The position numbers and the translations under genes are program-made. Below, piece by piece: positions 49,794 through 63,574 of a DNA stretch of 64,000 nucleotides (position 1 is its first letter; each line of letters begins with the position of its first letter). The notes under the pieces are model-generated. The model saw only the letters and a program-made list of their open reading frames with translations. It had not been told where the DNA came from and made no database searches. The DNA comes from Pseudogymnoascus verrucosus (taxonomy: Eukaryota). The DNA lies in NCBI GenBank assembly GCA_001662655.1, contig KV460259.1; one strand, written 5' to 3'.

Positions 49794-51007
49794 ATGGCCA
49801 GCGCGGCGTCAGACCTACCTCCGTTACCCCTCCCCGATGGAATCTCGGAGCACTACATCCCAACGGATGACTTGACATTTCATACTCTGGAGGCCGGATT
49901 CTCCGCATCCCCAGCCAAGCCACTCATTCTCCTGCTCCATGGATTTCCAGAGTTGGCATACTCATACCGGAAAATCATTCCAACTCTCGCAGCTTCCGGT
50001 TACTACGTCGTCGCCTACGACCAGCGTGGCTACGGCCGAACGACGGGCTGGGATACGAGACCGTATTCCGAGGTAGACCTCACCTCATACGCAGCAACGC
50101 GTATCGTCACAGACGCCGTGAGATTAGTTTCCGCCCTTGGCTACAGCGAGGTGGCATGCATAGTCGGCCACGATTTCGGCGCCGTCGGCGCCAGTCTCTG
50201 CGCCCTGATCCGCCCCGACATATTCAAGAGGTAAACACCTCCCCTTTCCAAACCACAAAACTTACGATATACCACAGCACGGTACTGATGTCCCACCCCT
50301 TCGGCGGAGTTCCGGCTTTCCCCTTCAACACGTACCGGAACCCCGCTCCCCCCGCACCTGCCAAACCGGATATCCAAGCTTCTCTCGCAGAGCTGGATCC
50401 GCCGAGGAAGCCCTACAAGTGGTATTACTCCACCGAGCCGGCCTGTCAGGAGATGACATCCCCCGCAACCGGCCTTCATAGCTTTTTGCGGGGTTACTTC
50501 CACTTGAAATCCGCGGACTGGGCAGGCAATGCACCGCACCCGCTGTCAGCTTGGTCGGCGGGCGAGCTGTCCAAGTTGCCGAATTACTACGTCATGCCCC
50601 TAGGCTTGACTATGTCAGAGACGGTAGCGCAGGATATGGCACGCGAGGACGCGGCAGAAGTGGAAACGAAAGCTGCCCGCTGGCTCCCAAATACCGAACT
50701 CGCAATCTACGCCGCTGAGTACGCGCGAACCGGGTTCCAGGGCGGTCTGAACTACTACCGTGTCGCTACGAATCCAGCGTATCAAGCTGATATGGCGGTA
50801 TTCTCAGGTAGGAAGATTGAGGTGCCGTGTCTCTTCATCTCAGGGGCGCAGGACTGGGGCACGTATCAGAATCCTGGGGCGGTGGAGGGGATGGGTGAGG
50901 TGTGTAGCGATTTCCGAGGGGTGAAGATTATAGAGGAGGCAGGGCATTGGGTTATGCAGGAGCAACCGGGTGAGGTTTCGGCGTTGATTTTGGAGTTTCT
51001 GAGATAG
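49794..51007 (+). CDS. Alpha/beta-fold epoxide hydrolase-like protein, 2 exons
   Basis: LLHGFPE, DQRGYG, nucleophile GHDFG, GGLNYYR and catalytic AGHW..QEQP. Intron about 50231-50277. Confidence 0.92.
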
Positions 51008-52594
51008 ATTTCTGGATAAACTTCAATGTACAGAGCTTACTGTAGAATGCCTCTGTGTCACACTGAACCAATTTGCGCCGGGCAGTTGTGCTTCAAAGAG
51101 TCTCGTCGCACGAGCTAAGTGGCAGCAGAATATCAATCGTAATACATGACTAGTTCTCCTCCACTCCTGTAGATAATTTTTACTTTCGGGAAACATTTTG
51201 AAGGACATGTTGAGCAGTATTACCAGATCATCATGGTGCCACTTACAATGGCACACCTACTCGCTGATTATATACATATTTGTTCACACTACTGTGTAAC
51301 GTAGGTAAGGATATCAATAATACTACCGTGCACGACGCATAAGCCGCATAGAGGTACTGAGCAAGTGTAATCCCATAAAATAATGAGAGCACTATAATTA
51401 CATTGCATGTTTTATGTCAGGGCGATAAATGAACTCAATTACCTTTCATTCAATGGAGTTTTCTTCGTTTCCCCTATTATCCTTTTCCTGGGTTGAGCTT
51501 CCATGAGCTGTTTAGCATACCGTCCATATACTCACCAAAACAGGACAGCCACATGCCTTATTTTAAGGATTAATCACTGAGATATCTGTTTCCGCTTTAT
51601 AGACCACTATCTCCGCCTATGAACAACCTTTGTCCCCCATTTTATCGTTGGCGTATCAGGTAGAAAATATTCGTAATATTTTAATTTCGCTGAATTTATT
51701 TTAAAAGGTAAACTCCAGTCTCCAATTTTTTTCGTTGAGTTATATTACCAGGCAATGAATTAATTTACGTATGAACAAGCAAACTACTTTTTTTTGTATC
51801 CGTGCTGCGTTAAATTTAGGTCCAAATATGATATTTTCATCTCATTCCCTTTTATCCCCCCAGAATCATCATAATGTTGACATGCATGACCTAAAAATCC
51901 CAACCTGTCACCAACAAAACCAGTTCCAAAAGTCCTGTCAAACGTGTGACAGTGGAAACTCTCGTATGGATCAAAGACAGCACTTCTCCATGCACCAAGC
52001 CCACAAATCTAACAAAGTTGATCATCTAACACACGCACGCGGCGAGCGCAGATCTGTGGATGAAACGACCCACGATAGTACGGAAAAATACGGGGAATGG
52101 AAATAACATGTAATTTCAGACTCTGTTTTCAATTACACACACCGAAGGGGCTGCTGCTTGGCAGATTTGTAAATCTGTAAATTTGTAATGCAATTGTTTA
52201 GTAACGCTTGACTCAGTAAAACATATGCGAGCGATATCAAAGCTCACGACCCTCGACCAAAAAAACAAGCGAGCGGGAGCACGGAGCGGCAAGACAAGAC
52301 GCTGGGCAGTGGATTCCAAGACGGATTCCAAGACAACGCAATGCTTCAATGGATCGGCAAATGCCTGTGCTCCGAATTCTTCTTATAGAAACCCTCCCTA
52401 TTGCCTCTTGGCGGCAGGATGGTGTCGGGGCTAACTGAGTTACAGCGCGTTTAAGAGAGGGAGCAGCTGATTGATGATCCCCCCACCTTCCCAAAACGCT
52501 AACCCGTTGCAATAGAAGATCTGTTTGTTTTCAATTCTAGCTGTGGAATCGCGTAATAGAGATGTGATGAATTTATATACTGCATTAGGAAACA

Positions 52595-52614
52595 GACACA
52601 CACACACACACACT
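52595..52614. repeat. (CA)n microsatellite
   Basis: GACACACACACACACACAC in the long intergenic region. Confidence 0.9.
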
Positions 52615-55600
52615 TCTGGTTGATAATCAATCACCCCTCCGTTTGGTGGGTTGCATAGCCACTACCAGGCAAATCGTTCGATGGCAGGATGGATGTGTGG
52701 AGGGAGGGGAAAACTGGATAACCCCATGATCTTGAACGAACCGCTACTGCAACGTTGTAAGAAATTTGGGGTATTGGGGCTGCGGAAGGAATGCGCTCTC
52801 CACGATCCTACGAGTGTGGTACAGTGTGTTGTGGAGAGGGAGACCCCATTATCCCACTCAAACGCGTGGTCGAAAGGGGGGGGGGGTTAGGAGGGGGGGT
52901 TTGTCTCCATGATCCGTCACACTGGGGTTCGTGTTGGAGACTCACCTACCCACCTCATTGCCCCCGGTGGGGGTTTATGTGAGGAGATGGGGGGGTGGGC
53001 GGTGGAGAGGGAGTGGAGGGGTCGTGGTGATAGTCCAAGTACAGTGGGGTTCAGCGAGGCTGAGATGATCGTCGAGAGGAAGCACTCTTCTCAGCGTAGG
53101 AGATTTGCAGTGAGGAGTTTGCCAAGATGTTGGAAACTCGCACCATGACTCGGCTCATTTGCTGTTTGGTGGTACAGACAGGGCGATTTCGTTTGCACTC
53201 CTTTTTTTCTCAGTACTGTACTGTACTTTCCTTTTCAGCGGTGCCGAGTTGCGGAGGATGGGGGGGATGATGCTCGCTACTGATTTCGTTGCGCATTACT
53301 CGGTCGTACGCTCCGTCCACTTATATCTGGATGTGGAAAGAGTCGGGGTTTTCCCTGTTGCATATGGACAAACACCGAACGCATCAGGCGCACGGCCCTC
53401 ACGTGATTTGGTACTGTTTGTTGAAGCTGTGTGTTGGATCTAGAAGTAAGATTAGTGCCATGAGTTTGGTTTGGATCGTTGACACGCCATGTTTTTGCAG
53501 CGCAGCAAGATCAGCACTTGCGCGTCTGTCAACTGTCATCAACGTGCTGGTTATAGACCCGAAAGAATAAAAGAAACAGGAAGGAAAGAAAGTTATTTTA
53601 CTACTGCGTAGTTTGAGTATAACAAGTAACATGGCCGATGCTGGCAGTTCGGACTTCAATGCTGTTGTGGTTTGGAGATCAGGATTTCAATGGGGCACAC
53701 ATGTGACTCGGGTATAGTCGTGTGCATAACAGTGGGACGAACAGCGAAAATCCCCGAATTTCAGCCGTTAAACAGTGGGACGACAACCTCCTTACAGTGG
53801 ACCATTTCGGACCGAACAACTACATTCGGAGGAGATGTGGTGGGTCGGAGTGAGTAAGTTGGAGTACAGGAAGGATGAGGGAGTTGCAGAGTTGCAATGC
53901 AAGGAAACACCGAAGGCACGAAAATAACAGCCCAATAACAAAATACTGCAGGGCAAAACATATGTACAGTTACAATATCTAGCATACGAAGGAGTACCAT
54001 CTGTACCACAGTAATTCCAACATGGTATGCTATATTTTCACGTGGATAACATACATGCACCCCGAACTTCGGTCTGTCTCTCCGCAAAATCTACCTCTGC
54101 AAAGTGACCTCCGCAAGTCAGATTTGGCCTCCGCAGTATTCTACTCCGTACTCCGTAGTTATTCTAGCACCGAGCATCATCAGCACCTTCTTCGTGGCAC
54201 CCCTGAGTATGCTTATCAGAAGAAGCAGGGAAAAGACAAGGGAAAACGACAAGCATGATGCACATCTGGCGTGAAGAATTTGACTATACCGCGTCACCAA
54301 CCTGTTGCCGGCAATGATCCATGATCATATTGGGTATCCCGAGGGGTGATAACGGAATAATTTACTATGGCCTTCTCCGATACATTCCCTTTTTTTTTCT
54401 TGACCTCCATGAAAGGAAGCCGTTAAGGCCGATGATGGGCCAATGAGGGCCGATGATAACTAACAACCGAGGCTGTCGTCCCAATAAAGCCCTCGTCTGG
54501 GAAGGGAGGGAAGGGCTGGGATGATGTCACTCCCGTCAACGCCCCAGCCGGCATGGCGTTGTATGTACCGTACATAGTATGGGTGGGTGGTCGGTACATA
54601 CCGTGGTGGAGGACCATACATACAGTACTCTACATATACATACAAAAACTATCCATGGTGGTCCGTATATACATCTACTTCGAACTATGGCAACTCCATA
54701 ACGCAGCAGGGAAAAACTCGTTGACCGATGGCATGGCACTGGCAGCTGACAGTGTCAGTTTGGAGGGGTAATAGTAGTGATACTACTCCGTCTTCTATAC
54801 AGTACTTCACATGCTATGCATATTCTGTACTATACATCCGTCCATACTATGGTTTTTTATAGTAACCTCTTCCTTCCTGCCACGAGTACGCAGGTATGAT
54901 CTTGTATGATCTTGTATGATCACCTACGAATGTAGCACTCTACTCCTGGTCGACTCCTACTACTCCTCCTCTAGCGCTTTAGTTCTTACTGTACTCGTAC
55001 TAATCATCGTGCGCACCATCGCCCACCACCGCCCACATCGTCCACATCGTCCAAATTCGTGCGCATTGGCGCTTCCTTCACATCTCTTACCTTTCTACTC
55101 TCAGCAATTCTCCCTGCCCATCGAAAGTTATGACGTATTTCACGTGCAGATTCCCCCACCTCCCCGATTTTATTATCAGATATTCCTTGCTAGCCCTACC
55201 TAGTTACTTCCACTATTCGGCAGGCGCGACTTGGCAACGGGCGGAAAGCTTGGGGTTGGCACCTTAGCAGGGGAGGGATATGGGGCCTACCGGGATGGCT
55301 TACGGGGGGCGCACGGAGGGGGCGTACGGGGCGTATGGGGCGTTTGCATCGTGCCTGCAACTTTTCAACAACCTTCTTAGTTCACACTGTCCAACATGCG
55401 GTCCTCCAATAATGGTTCCCTCATGGCGAGATGAGGACCCAGCGGCGAAGGGGGTATAATTGGAGAATATATTAATTTCCTATGCGCTGATTGGGAGCCC
55501 GCAACTGATGGATGGGATGGATGGGGATGGATGGTGTGGGGTGCGGAGAGAACGATCGTCATGTCTGGGTGGCTCTTGCTTGCTCGTTCTTCGTGGTCGT

Positions 55601-55863
55601 GGATAGATTCGGGGTTCCAACGTCGCGACTGCCACTTGTTGGTTGGTTCGCGGCAACCTTCCCGCCCCCATGGGCTGACTCTTCTCGATATATAAGAACC
55701 GTACAACCTCCTCTCCCGCTTTCTCTCCCCCCTCCCTTCCCACATATCTCTACTTTATCGCCAACCGCTTCCCCAGAAGCATTCACTCCTTTTGACAGCA
55801 CGGGGATCTGCAATCTATTCTATATTCACTGCACAACTCTGAGAGTCGCATGAGTACGCCACC

Positions 55864-57646
55864 ATGTCGACAGACGTAGTCACCACCGGCGGTTCGCCCG
55901 TCAAGTTCCTGGGTATGGCCGGCCGTCCTCTCGGTCTCGCCATTTCCACAATCGCGACCACTGGTTTCCTGCTCTTCGGATACGATCAGGGTGTCATGAG
56001 TGGTATCATCTCCGCGCCGCAATTCAACGCCTTCTTCCCCGAAACACGTGAAGACTCTGTCTACCAGGGATTTGTCACTGCCATCTACGAGATTGGATGT
56101 CTTGCTGGAGCCCTCTTTATCCTGTGGTGTGGTGACAGTCTCGGTCGCCGAAGATCGGTTTGTCTCACCTTCCAAAGGCCCGTGAATCCTATGCTGACAG
56201 ATACCAGATGATGCTTGGTGGACTTATTATGATTCTCGGTGTTATCATCCAGGTTACTTGCATGAAGGGACACAAGGCTACCGCACAATTCATTATCGGC
56301 CGTACCATCACTGGTATCGGAAACGGAATTGTAAATATTCCCGCGCTTTTCATTATTGAAACGCTGCTAACAACTGCCAGAACACATCTACCATCCCAAC
56401 ATACCAAGCCGAGTGTAGTCGCACCACTAACAGAGGTCTCCTGATCTGTATCGAGGGCGGTGTCATCGCCTTCGGTACTCTGATCGCCTACTGGATCGAC
56501 TACGGATCTGCCAAGAGCTCCATGGATGACTTCACCTGGCGTTTCCCCATTGCCTTCCAGATTGTCTTCGGACTCGTTCTCGGCATTGGCGCATACTTCC
56601 TGCCAGAGTCCCCACGTTGGCTCCTTTCACGTGACCGTCACGAGGAGGGTCTCACTGTCATTGCGGCACTCTACGATCTTCCAGAGGACCACCCCCAAAC
56701 CCAGCTCCAGAAGACTATCATCATGGAGAGTATCGCCGCTTCTGGCCACAAGGGTGGCAAGACCCCATACTCTGCCCTATTCACCAACGGAAAGACTCAG
56801 CATTTCAGACGCATGCTCCTCGGTTCATCGTCCCAGCTTATGCAGCAAGTCGGTGGATGCAATGCTGTCATCTACTACTTCCCGATTCTATTCCAAACTT
56901 CTCTTCACTCTACCCACGACGAGGCTATGTTGTTGGGTGGTGTGAACATGATCGTTTACTCCATCTTCGCCACCGTCAGTTGGTTTATCATCGAGCGCGC
57001 CGGTCGCAGAAACCTCTTCCTCATCGGTAGTATTGGACAGGGTCTAAGCATGGTACTCGTCTTTGCCTGCTTGATTCCCGATACGACAGGCGCTGCCAAG
57101 GGTGCCGCCGTGGGTCTGTTCACCTACATCGCATTCTTCGGTGCTACCTGGCTTCCTCTGCCATGGTTGTACCCCGCCGAGATCAACCCCATCCGTACTC
57201 GTGCCCGTGCCAACGCCATCTCGACCTCTGTCAACTGGTCCAGCAACTTCCTCATCGTCATGGTTACGCCTATCATGATTTCTAACATCGGTTTCGGCAC
57301 ATACGTCTTCTTCGCCGCCATGAACGCCTGCTTCATCCCCATCATCTACTTCCTGTACCCAGAGACCAAGAAGCGTTCTCTCGAGGAGATCGATCTCATC
57401 TTCGCCAAGGGCTACGTCGAGAACATGAGCTACGTCCGCGCCAGCAAGGAGCTGCCTTACCTCACCGACGCCGAGGTCGAGAATGTCGCCCGCAGCTACG
57501 GCTTCGGCGATGAGGAGACCGGTGCTACCGGAATTGAGAAGAGCGGTAACGAGAGCAGCAGCGGTAGCGATATGAGACACCGTGGTGCCGATGCTGAGAA
57601 GACTGCTGAGGCTGCTTCTGAGGAGAAGACCTCTGCTACCCAGTAA
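55864..57646 (+). CDS. MFS sugar porter, STL1-like (polyol/sugar:H+ symporter), 3 exons
   Basis: LFGYDQGVMSG, GDSLGRR, GRTITGIGNG, WRFPIAFQ, PESPRWL, QQVGGCNAVIYY, WLYPAEINP and PETKKRSLEEID. Confidence 0.92.
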
Positions 57647-58455
57647 GAGTTGTCAAAAACATCAAAATAGGAAATTAATGGATGCCTATGAAAGAACATT
57701 ATTGATACCTTTATTTTAAGATTATAGAAGAGATAGACCATAGACATAGATTGAATAATGGCTTCTTAAACAATATTGTTTCCAATACCGACTTGTGATA
57801 TATCATATGAGTCAGAGTTAATTATAGTGAGGTTCAAAGATTCCGATCACCTACAAGGGATTGTAGAGTAAAAAGGGGGAATCCCACCACTGTTCGCTCA
57901 GCAGGTTATATATAACATTCTCCGCAACCCCATCTTACCCACACAAGCGCATTTGCGGCACAGATACACGTCTAATGTGCCTGGTGACCTGCCCTGATGC
58001 CGTCCGACGAACAACTATAGCCAATGGTGCGAACCAGTACGCTTTGAGGTATCGTATGGAGGTATGTGCCTGTGGTGACAGCAGCGTGTGGTGGCGGTAG
58101 GATAAGATCCAACAGGTGAACGTGAGCGGTGACAGGACGACCGTAGTAGTGAGAAGTGAGAAATGCGAGCTCGGCTCAACGAGGATAATCATTTGCGTAG
58201 GTAGATTAGTTGAACTGGGAGGGGTTGCTGCACATGAGAATCTTGGATTTCCCGGAATAATGGTTTGTTTGCTATTAGTGTTGATGGGCAGGCGGGAGGG
58301 GGTTATACCAGGTCGGTTTGGAAAATTGATTGGAGATACTGTAGAATACACTTGTGGCTTACATTATGATAACTTGAAAGAATTCTCATAACATCCACCC
58401 ACCCAACACAGCCATACAAAACAACACCCAATCACCCAACCACCCAACGATCACC

Positions 58456-58881
58456 TCACACCCCCTTCGCCCCCTCCCTCAACCCCCCCAACACCTCCAT
58501 CGCCACCCCCTCCATCCCCTCCGGCACAAAAACATGATCATGAAAATACCCGCTCACAACATTAGCACTACACCCCCTCTCCCCCAACCCCTTGGCGATC
58601 GCAGCCATAAAACCCACTGCGGCGAGACTAGAATGGATCTCCAGCGTGATCATCCTGCAGGCGTAGGTATGTTCGTGTCCGTGTGTGGTGGCGAGATCGA
58701 GGGTTGTGATGAGGGTCGTGCCTTCGGCTTCGCGGAAGGTGAGGATGGGATCTAACTTGGAGAGAAGGGCGGGCGTGGGGGAGGTGGTGGTCAGGTAGAC
58801 GTAGGTGGTGGGGGAGAGGGTGAAGGTCATGGTGGAGAGGAGGGTGGGGAGGTCGGTTTCGCCGGGGGGAGGGGCGGACAT
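58456..58881 (-). CDS. ACT-domain protein (DUF2241/ACT_3 + ACT_7 type), intronless
   Basis: PGETDLPTLLSTM, FREAEGTTLI, ITLEIHSSLAAVGF and ANVVSGYFHDHVFVP. Confidence 0.88.
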   Translation of the reverse strand: MSAPPPGETDLPTLLSTMTFTLSPTTYVYLTTTSPTPALLSKLDPILTFREAEGTTLITTLDLATTHGHEHTYACRMITLEIHSSLAAVGFMAAIAKGLGERGCSANVVSGYFHDHVFVPEGMEGVAMEVLGGLREGAKGV

Positions 58882-59021
58882 GGTTGCGGTTTGTGAGGCG
58901 GGGTGGTATGGTTGGTGTTGGTGTTGTATTTCGGAGTTTGAGATGTCTGGGGCAGTGGATGAATGTTTGGGGTTGAGGTTGTCATGTTGTTGTGACGTTT
59001 ATGAGGGGTAGTGGGGTAAGA

Positions 59022-59190
59022 ATCACGTGAGTTGTGCTGGATTGCTTCATTTCTGGACTACTGAATCAACTACGTCGGTTGGATATGTACTCATATATGT
59101 CGATTTGAATAGTTTGGCATGGTAGGACCCGCCATTGAGTCTACAGTCGATGGTATGAGTGTCTACATTGTCAGCGTATCACGTGAGTCA
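59022..59190. promoter_or_regulatory. Twin ATCACGTGAGT E-boxes, the second overlapping a TGAGTCA (Gcn4/CpcA-type) site, upstream of the ACT-domain gene
   Basis: Identical 11-mers at 59022-59032 and 59178-59188; TGAGTCA at 59184-59190. Confidence 0.4.
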
Positions 59191-59690
59191 AAGGGTGAGA
59201 ATGAAAGGTCCAAAAGTTGTATATATAAGGAGAGAGAACCCTCGTAATAAATCATCATTGGCACCACAGACTCAATGCAGGGCGCCGAGGCATGGGTGTT
59301 GTTGTTGTCTTTGACGGCGGAATTGTGCGATCTTTGAAGTCTAGTTTCTCCACAGAGAAGGAGAGCAGGCGGCCAGATAGATAGCAGTAGCAGTAGATGT
59401 ATGACAGCAAGAATTATTTAGCGACAGTAGGTCAGCGATAGCAAGAAACAATTTGCTACGGTAACTTTGTGACAGCAGGAAGTAGCAACAACAAGAAGGA
59501 CCGGAATGACAGCAAGCGAAACAACCATCGGTACCAGGCTCGTGTCATATTGGAGACAGACGGCCATCTTAATCGCTAAGATTTGTGTCTCTCCCAATCC
59601 TGCCCGGCCTGTTATGATGCTTAATATAACGATACCGAGAAAAAGCCCAAATAACTGATGTGCATTTAATAAATAGCCTAGTATAGGAGA

Positions 59691-60212
59691 TTATCGGTAC
59701 ATTCTCTCCTGCATCCCTATCTTCCGATCAAATATATCACTGTCGAGTATCCCGTCAGCCTCTTTCTGGAGAACACTGCTCGCATATAACGCTGGAATCG
59801 CCTGCTCCATAGTCCACTCCGTGCATTTAACCATTCGTAGCCTCTTCTCGCCAGGTTCATAGAACGATCCATCCGGTTTCATCTGCTCCGTCCTCATGGT
59901 TTTGATATTAAACTTCTTCTGCTTCGGCGGTGGCGGCAGTGCTTCCAGGACCGTATTGATTTTCTCCGGGTAGGTAGCTGATGCGACCTTGCCAATGAAC
60001 TCTTTGCGGACGAAGATCTCAGACTCCTCGGGACGGCCCTCCCTTCTCGTTGCATACACCATCCCAGATGTAATGTCCCCCGTGAGGTGATGAACAGCGC
60101 CGCTGCCATCGGCCTCCGTTTCGACGAAGATTACATTGTGGTACCGCGGGCTTGGCATATCCGGATCTTGCATGGCCATGGTGAACTGAACTCTGTAAAC
60201 ATTGAAAGCCAT
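59691..60212 (-). CDS. Uncharacterised fungal His...Cys protein (DUF6540-like, putative permuted papain-like fold)
   Basis: YHNVIFVET.ADGSG.VHHLTGDI..GM.Y, KEFIGKV, PPPPKQ and KCTEWT. Start could also be 60218. Confidence 0.7.
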   Translation of the reverse strand: MAFNVYRVQFTMAMQDPDMPSPRYHNVIFVETEADGSGAVHHLTGDITSGMVYATRREGRPEESEIFVRKEFIGKVASATYPEKINTVLEALPPPPKQKKFNIKTMRTEQMKPDGSFYEPGEKRLRMVKCTEWTMEQAIPALYASSVLQKEADGILDSDIFDRKIGMQERMYR

Positions 60213-60772
60213 TCTCATTGCGTGTGGACTTGGAGGTAAAGTGCGTGTCGAGCCGTAGTTTGTTGGCGGAACAAGCAGAGCTTCACCTGGCGCAGTGATA
60301 ACTGGAGATAGGAAGCAGACAGAATTATAGCGATATATTAACATCCAGTGATTGTTAACGATGCTATTATAGCTTTTATTTCCGCCGTCGGTGCTTGCAG
60401 AGGTATGGGGATGGTCTTATAATCCGTGGGGTGGCAGGTGGGACGAAGCGAAATCCACAACTCCGATTGGTAGTGAGTATGCACCTGCATAAAGAAACCT
60501 AACCAAAATCCCAAGCAAACATGCTAGATATTGCTGTTAATATTCACGCACATACGACGATGTTGGCGGATATATTGAAAGCTGAAGAATTTCGAGGACT
60601 GTGAATGGATGTGGCGCAGTCTAGTGAGGTATCGTGCAAGTACAGGTGCTCCTTAACAAATGGGAATATATATATTGAATCGATTTCCGTGCCTTCGCAA
60701 CATACCAGTTTTATACCACCTTGAGCTTCCAAGAAACCCCTTCTCCAACCTGAGAGCACACTGTCGCCCGCC

Positions 60773-63265
60773 ATGGCAGCGCTAGGTTTTAACCCCCTCT
60801 GCTGCATCCTCTGCGGCGCCCTCATCTCCCGAGACCGCCAGGGTTTCCAACCATGGATGCACTCATTTCGTGCCAGTGAGCCGCTCGCCACCACAGCCAC
60901 CACACACTCCGCTTACTATGTCTAGTCTACACCGTCAACGATTCCTGTGACACGGCGTGCGTTTCTGGTATAGGGATACGGCGCCAGGGCCGCCATCCCC
61001 TTCGGAGCCACTGCCGAGCGTCTCTTTGGTGGCCACGAAATGATCCATCTCTAGAAGGCGGACATACCGCAGGCCAGGATGGGGCCGTGACTCGCCCGCT
61101 AAATTTTAACTCGCCGCCTTACAGATTTCGACAGACAGGTGAATTATTCTGGGGTTTCCCCTTCCACTGCGCGTGCTGGGACCTGTTGACGAAGCTGCGA
61201 CCGTGGGGGCTGTTGGATACGCAGACGATTTTTGATATATGCCGGTCTTTTCCTGCGCGGGATCGGGTGCTACTCTTTGGACATGATTATGGTGGCATTT
61301 GCGAGCCTGACTCGATGTTTTCGACTTACCCTGGGGAGAAACCACAGCGGATGCTCCATAGGGAGCAACCGCTGAGCCACGAACCGGTCATGAATGAGGC
61401 GCACGAACATCCCCTGGAGATTCCCGGTCTGCGAGAAATTTTTGAAGGGGACTACGCTGATCACTGTTTTGCAAACTTTCTTATGGTGGGAGGGAGCACC
61501 GAAAATGACCCTTTCTCTCCGTTACCCTTGGAGATTTTGGAGCTTATTATCGCTGAGCTTACATTGGAAGATGTATCACAGCTCAAGCAAGCGTCCCAGG
61601 TCTACGCAAATCTTGTCCTACCCGATACCTTTTGGCATTCACGATTTCGTCGGGGCGGTGAATTCGAGCACGTGTTCGAATCCATGGAGTGTGGGCCCCA
61701 ATGCAAGGGAAGATGGAGATCGATATGCCTTAGAGCCAAGAAGCTTCAGAATCACCCAGGAATGCTCAACAGAAAGAGGATTGTAAAGCTTGCATGGGAT
61801 CTTCTAGACTTAGTAGACAGTCGAGGCAAAATTTCCTGCAGCATGCTTGATTCTTCCCCCTTACTCTTGGGATTATGGGAACCCAGCGCCCCCTTACACC
61901 TGCTAAAATGGGTAACAGCCAGCAGAAGCCTGCTCTCACGCGACGAGAATTTTGATCATGGCACGAGATGTCTTTATAGACTAACCGTTGCTGTGCCCTA
62001 CGATGTAACTTCCATTTTCATCTCAACAATTGACGTCTTCGGCCTACTTTACATTTCTGGTATTAGGTTTGAGCAGAAGAGCGGACCGAGCACAGAGGTT
62101 GGGTATATTCACGTGGAAAGTGAACTCCTCGTCACTTGGACAGACTCAAAACTTGATTGTGTTACAGGGTTTCAGCTCGCGCAGGATCCGCGAGGAATCC
62201 GTGGGATCGCGATTGAGTCGGCGGCAGGGGTGTTGTCGAACTGGGTAGGAGAGTACGACGGAATTCCAAGGAGACGATTGATTCCCCATGGATCTAAACC
62301 GGATGGTAGTTATGGAATTGTGCTCATCCAGGGCGGCTTCGATGTAATGTTATTTTATCCCCTGGATAGTATTTCCTCTGACATTTTCAGGCCCTGAAAC
62401 TCGTTACTTTGTCAGTAACTGGCAAAGATGAGATAGCGCGGGATATCGAACACCAAGTGCCCCGAGATGCGAATGTTTGGTATCCTGAAATCCCGGACCC
62501 TTGCCTCTCATTCATAAGCGTTCCCGAATTACCGCGGGCCTACAGGCATAGACAGGAGGAAATGCCCTTGTCTATGATCCTGTTTGGCGGCCTCAAGGGC
62601 GAGCTCCTGCCCCACATTATCAAAATGACAGTTTGGATTGCGGATACGCATCCCGTAAACTGCGTAGTCTGGGGTATCGGCTTTACCTTTGATTGTCTTG
62701 TCGAAGGCAAGAGCTCGCTGGTGCTCGGCTATAGTAGGGATGACGGAGAATATGACTTTCACATCGATGGCCAAGGCGGGGAACGCATCTGCCAGATTGA
62801 TAAGATCTCCCAGTATAGCTTAGCCTGTGATCTCGGCTTCAGGGTTCGTGTAAATCTGCGCTTGGGCGCCTGTTCAAGCTCGTATGCTTTTGGAGATGGC
62901 TTTGCTAACTTGCTGCAAAAGATTCATACAACTCGCCACCGGACCTTCGAATTCCCACCTACCAGCTCTCGGGTGCGTCTTCGGGAAGATCCCATCACCA
63001 CGTCTCTCTCTGTACCTGATGGGACGATTGTAGGACTTTGTTCGAGAATGGTAAGTTGAGCCCCCACACGCTCTGCCCCTATCCTATGAACGCGGTGCTG
63101 AGTTATACTGCATCTCTACAGAGCGAGCAAATAACCCCGAATGATACCGGGCTCGTGTATATCAAAGATACCGTGGATGAGCCCGTGTATATCGAAGACC
63201 CCATGGAGTCGCCTCCGATGGATGAACGCCGAAACCCTTGCATTGAAGTAAAGAAGGAAGAATAA
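60773..63265 (+). CDS. F-box-domain fungal protein with N-terminal CxxC and C-terminal repeated beta domains (multi-exon)
   Basis: Exon 1 MAALGFNPLCCILCG...WMHSFRA; intron 60876-60925 splices in frame into ORF 61087. Motifs GFPFHCACW and F-box DPFSPLPLEILELI...L..LKQAS...FWHSRF. Later introns near 62344, 62844 and 63052. Confidence 0.75.
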
Positions 63266-63574
63266 TTTCAGACGATTCTCGAATAACCTAGATGGCCCAC
63301 GAATGTTAGAATTTGTAACGGCAGATCGAAGGTGAAAAGCGCTACAGCAGTATGGCGAGCGAGTGTTGGAAATAAGTTCCTGGCGGCTGCCTAAATATCT
63401 GTTTCACACGAATAAGCACCCACCATCGCTATAAATCCGCACTTCACCCAGTTTTATACCCATTTAATTCAAATAACAACTGCCTTAATACCCAGTTTCA
63501 TTTATAAGCCATTCCTCCGCATCTACAACCCCCACATTTCCCCACGCCAAAACCAGTCCCCCACAACCCCTACC

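Noticed and set aside
42087..51007. Methyltransferases plus epoxide hydrolase as a secondary-metabolite cluster
   Set aside because: No backbone synthase or cluster TF, and interrupted by the housekeeping Nudix gene.
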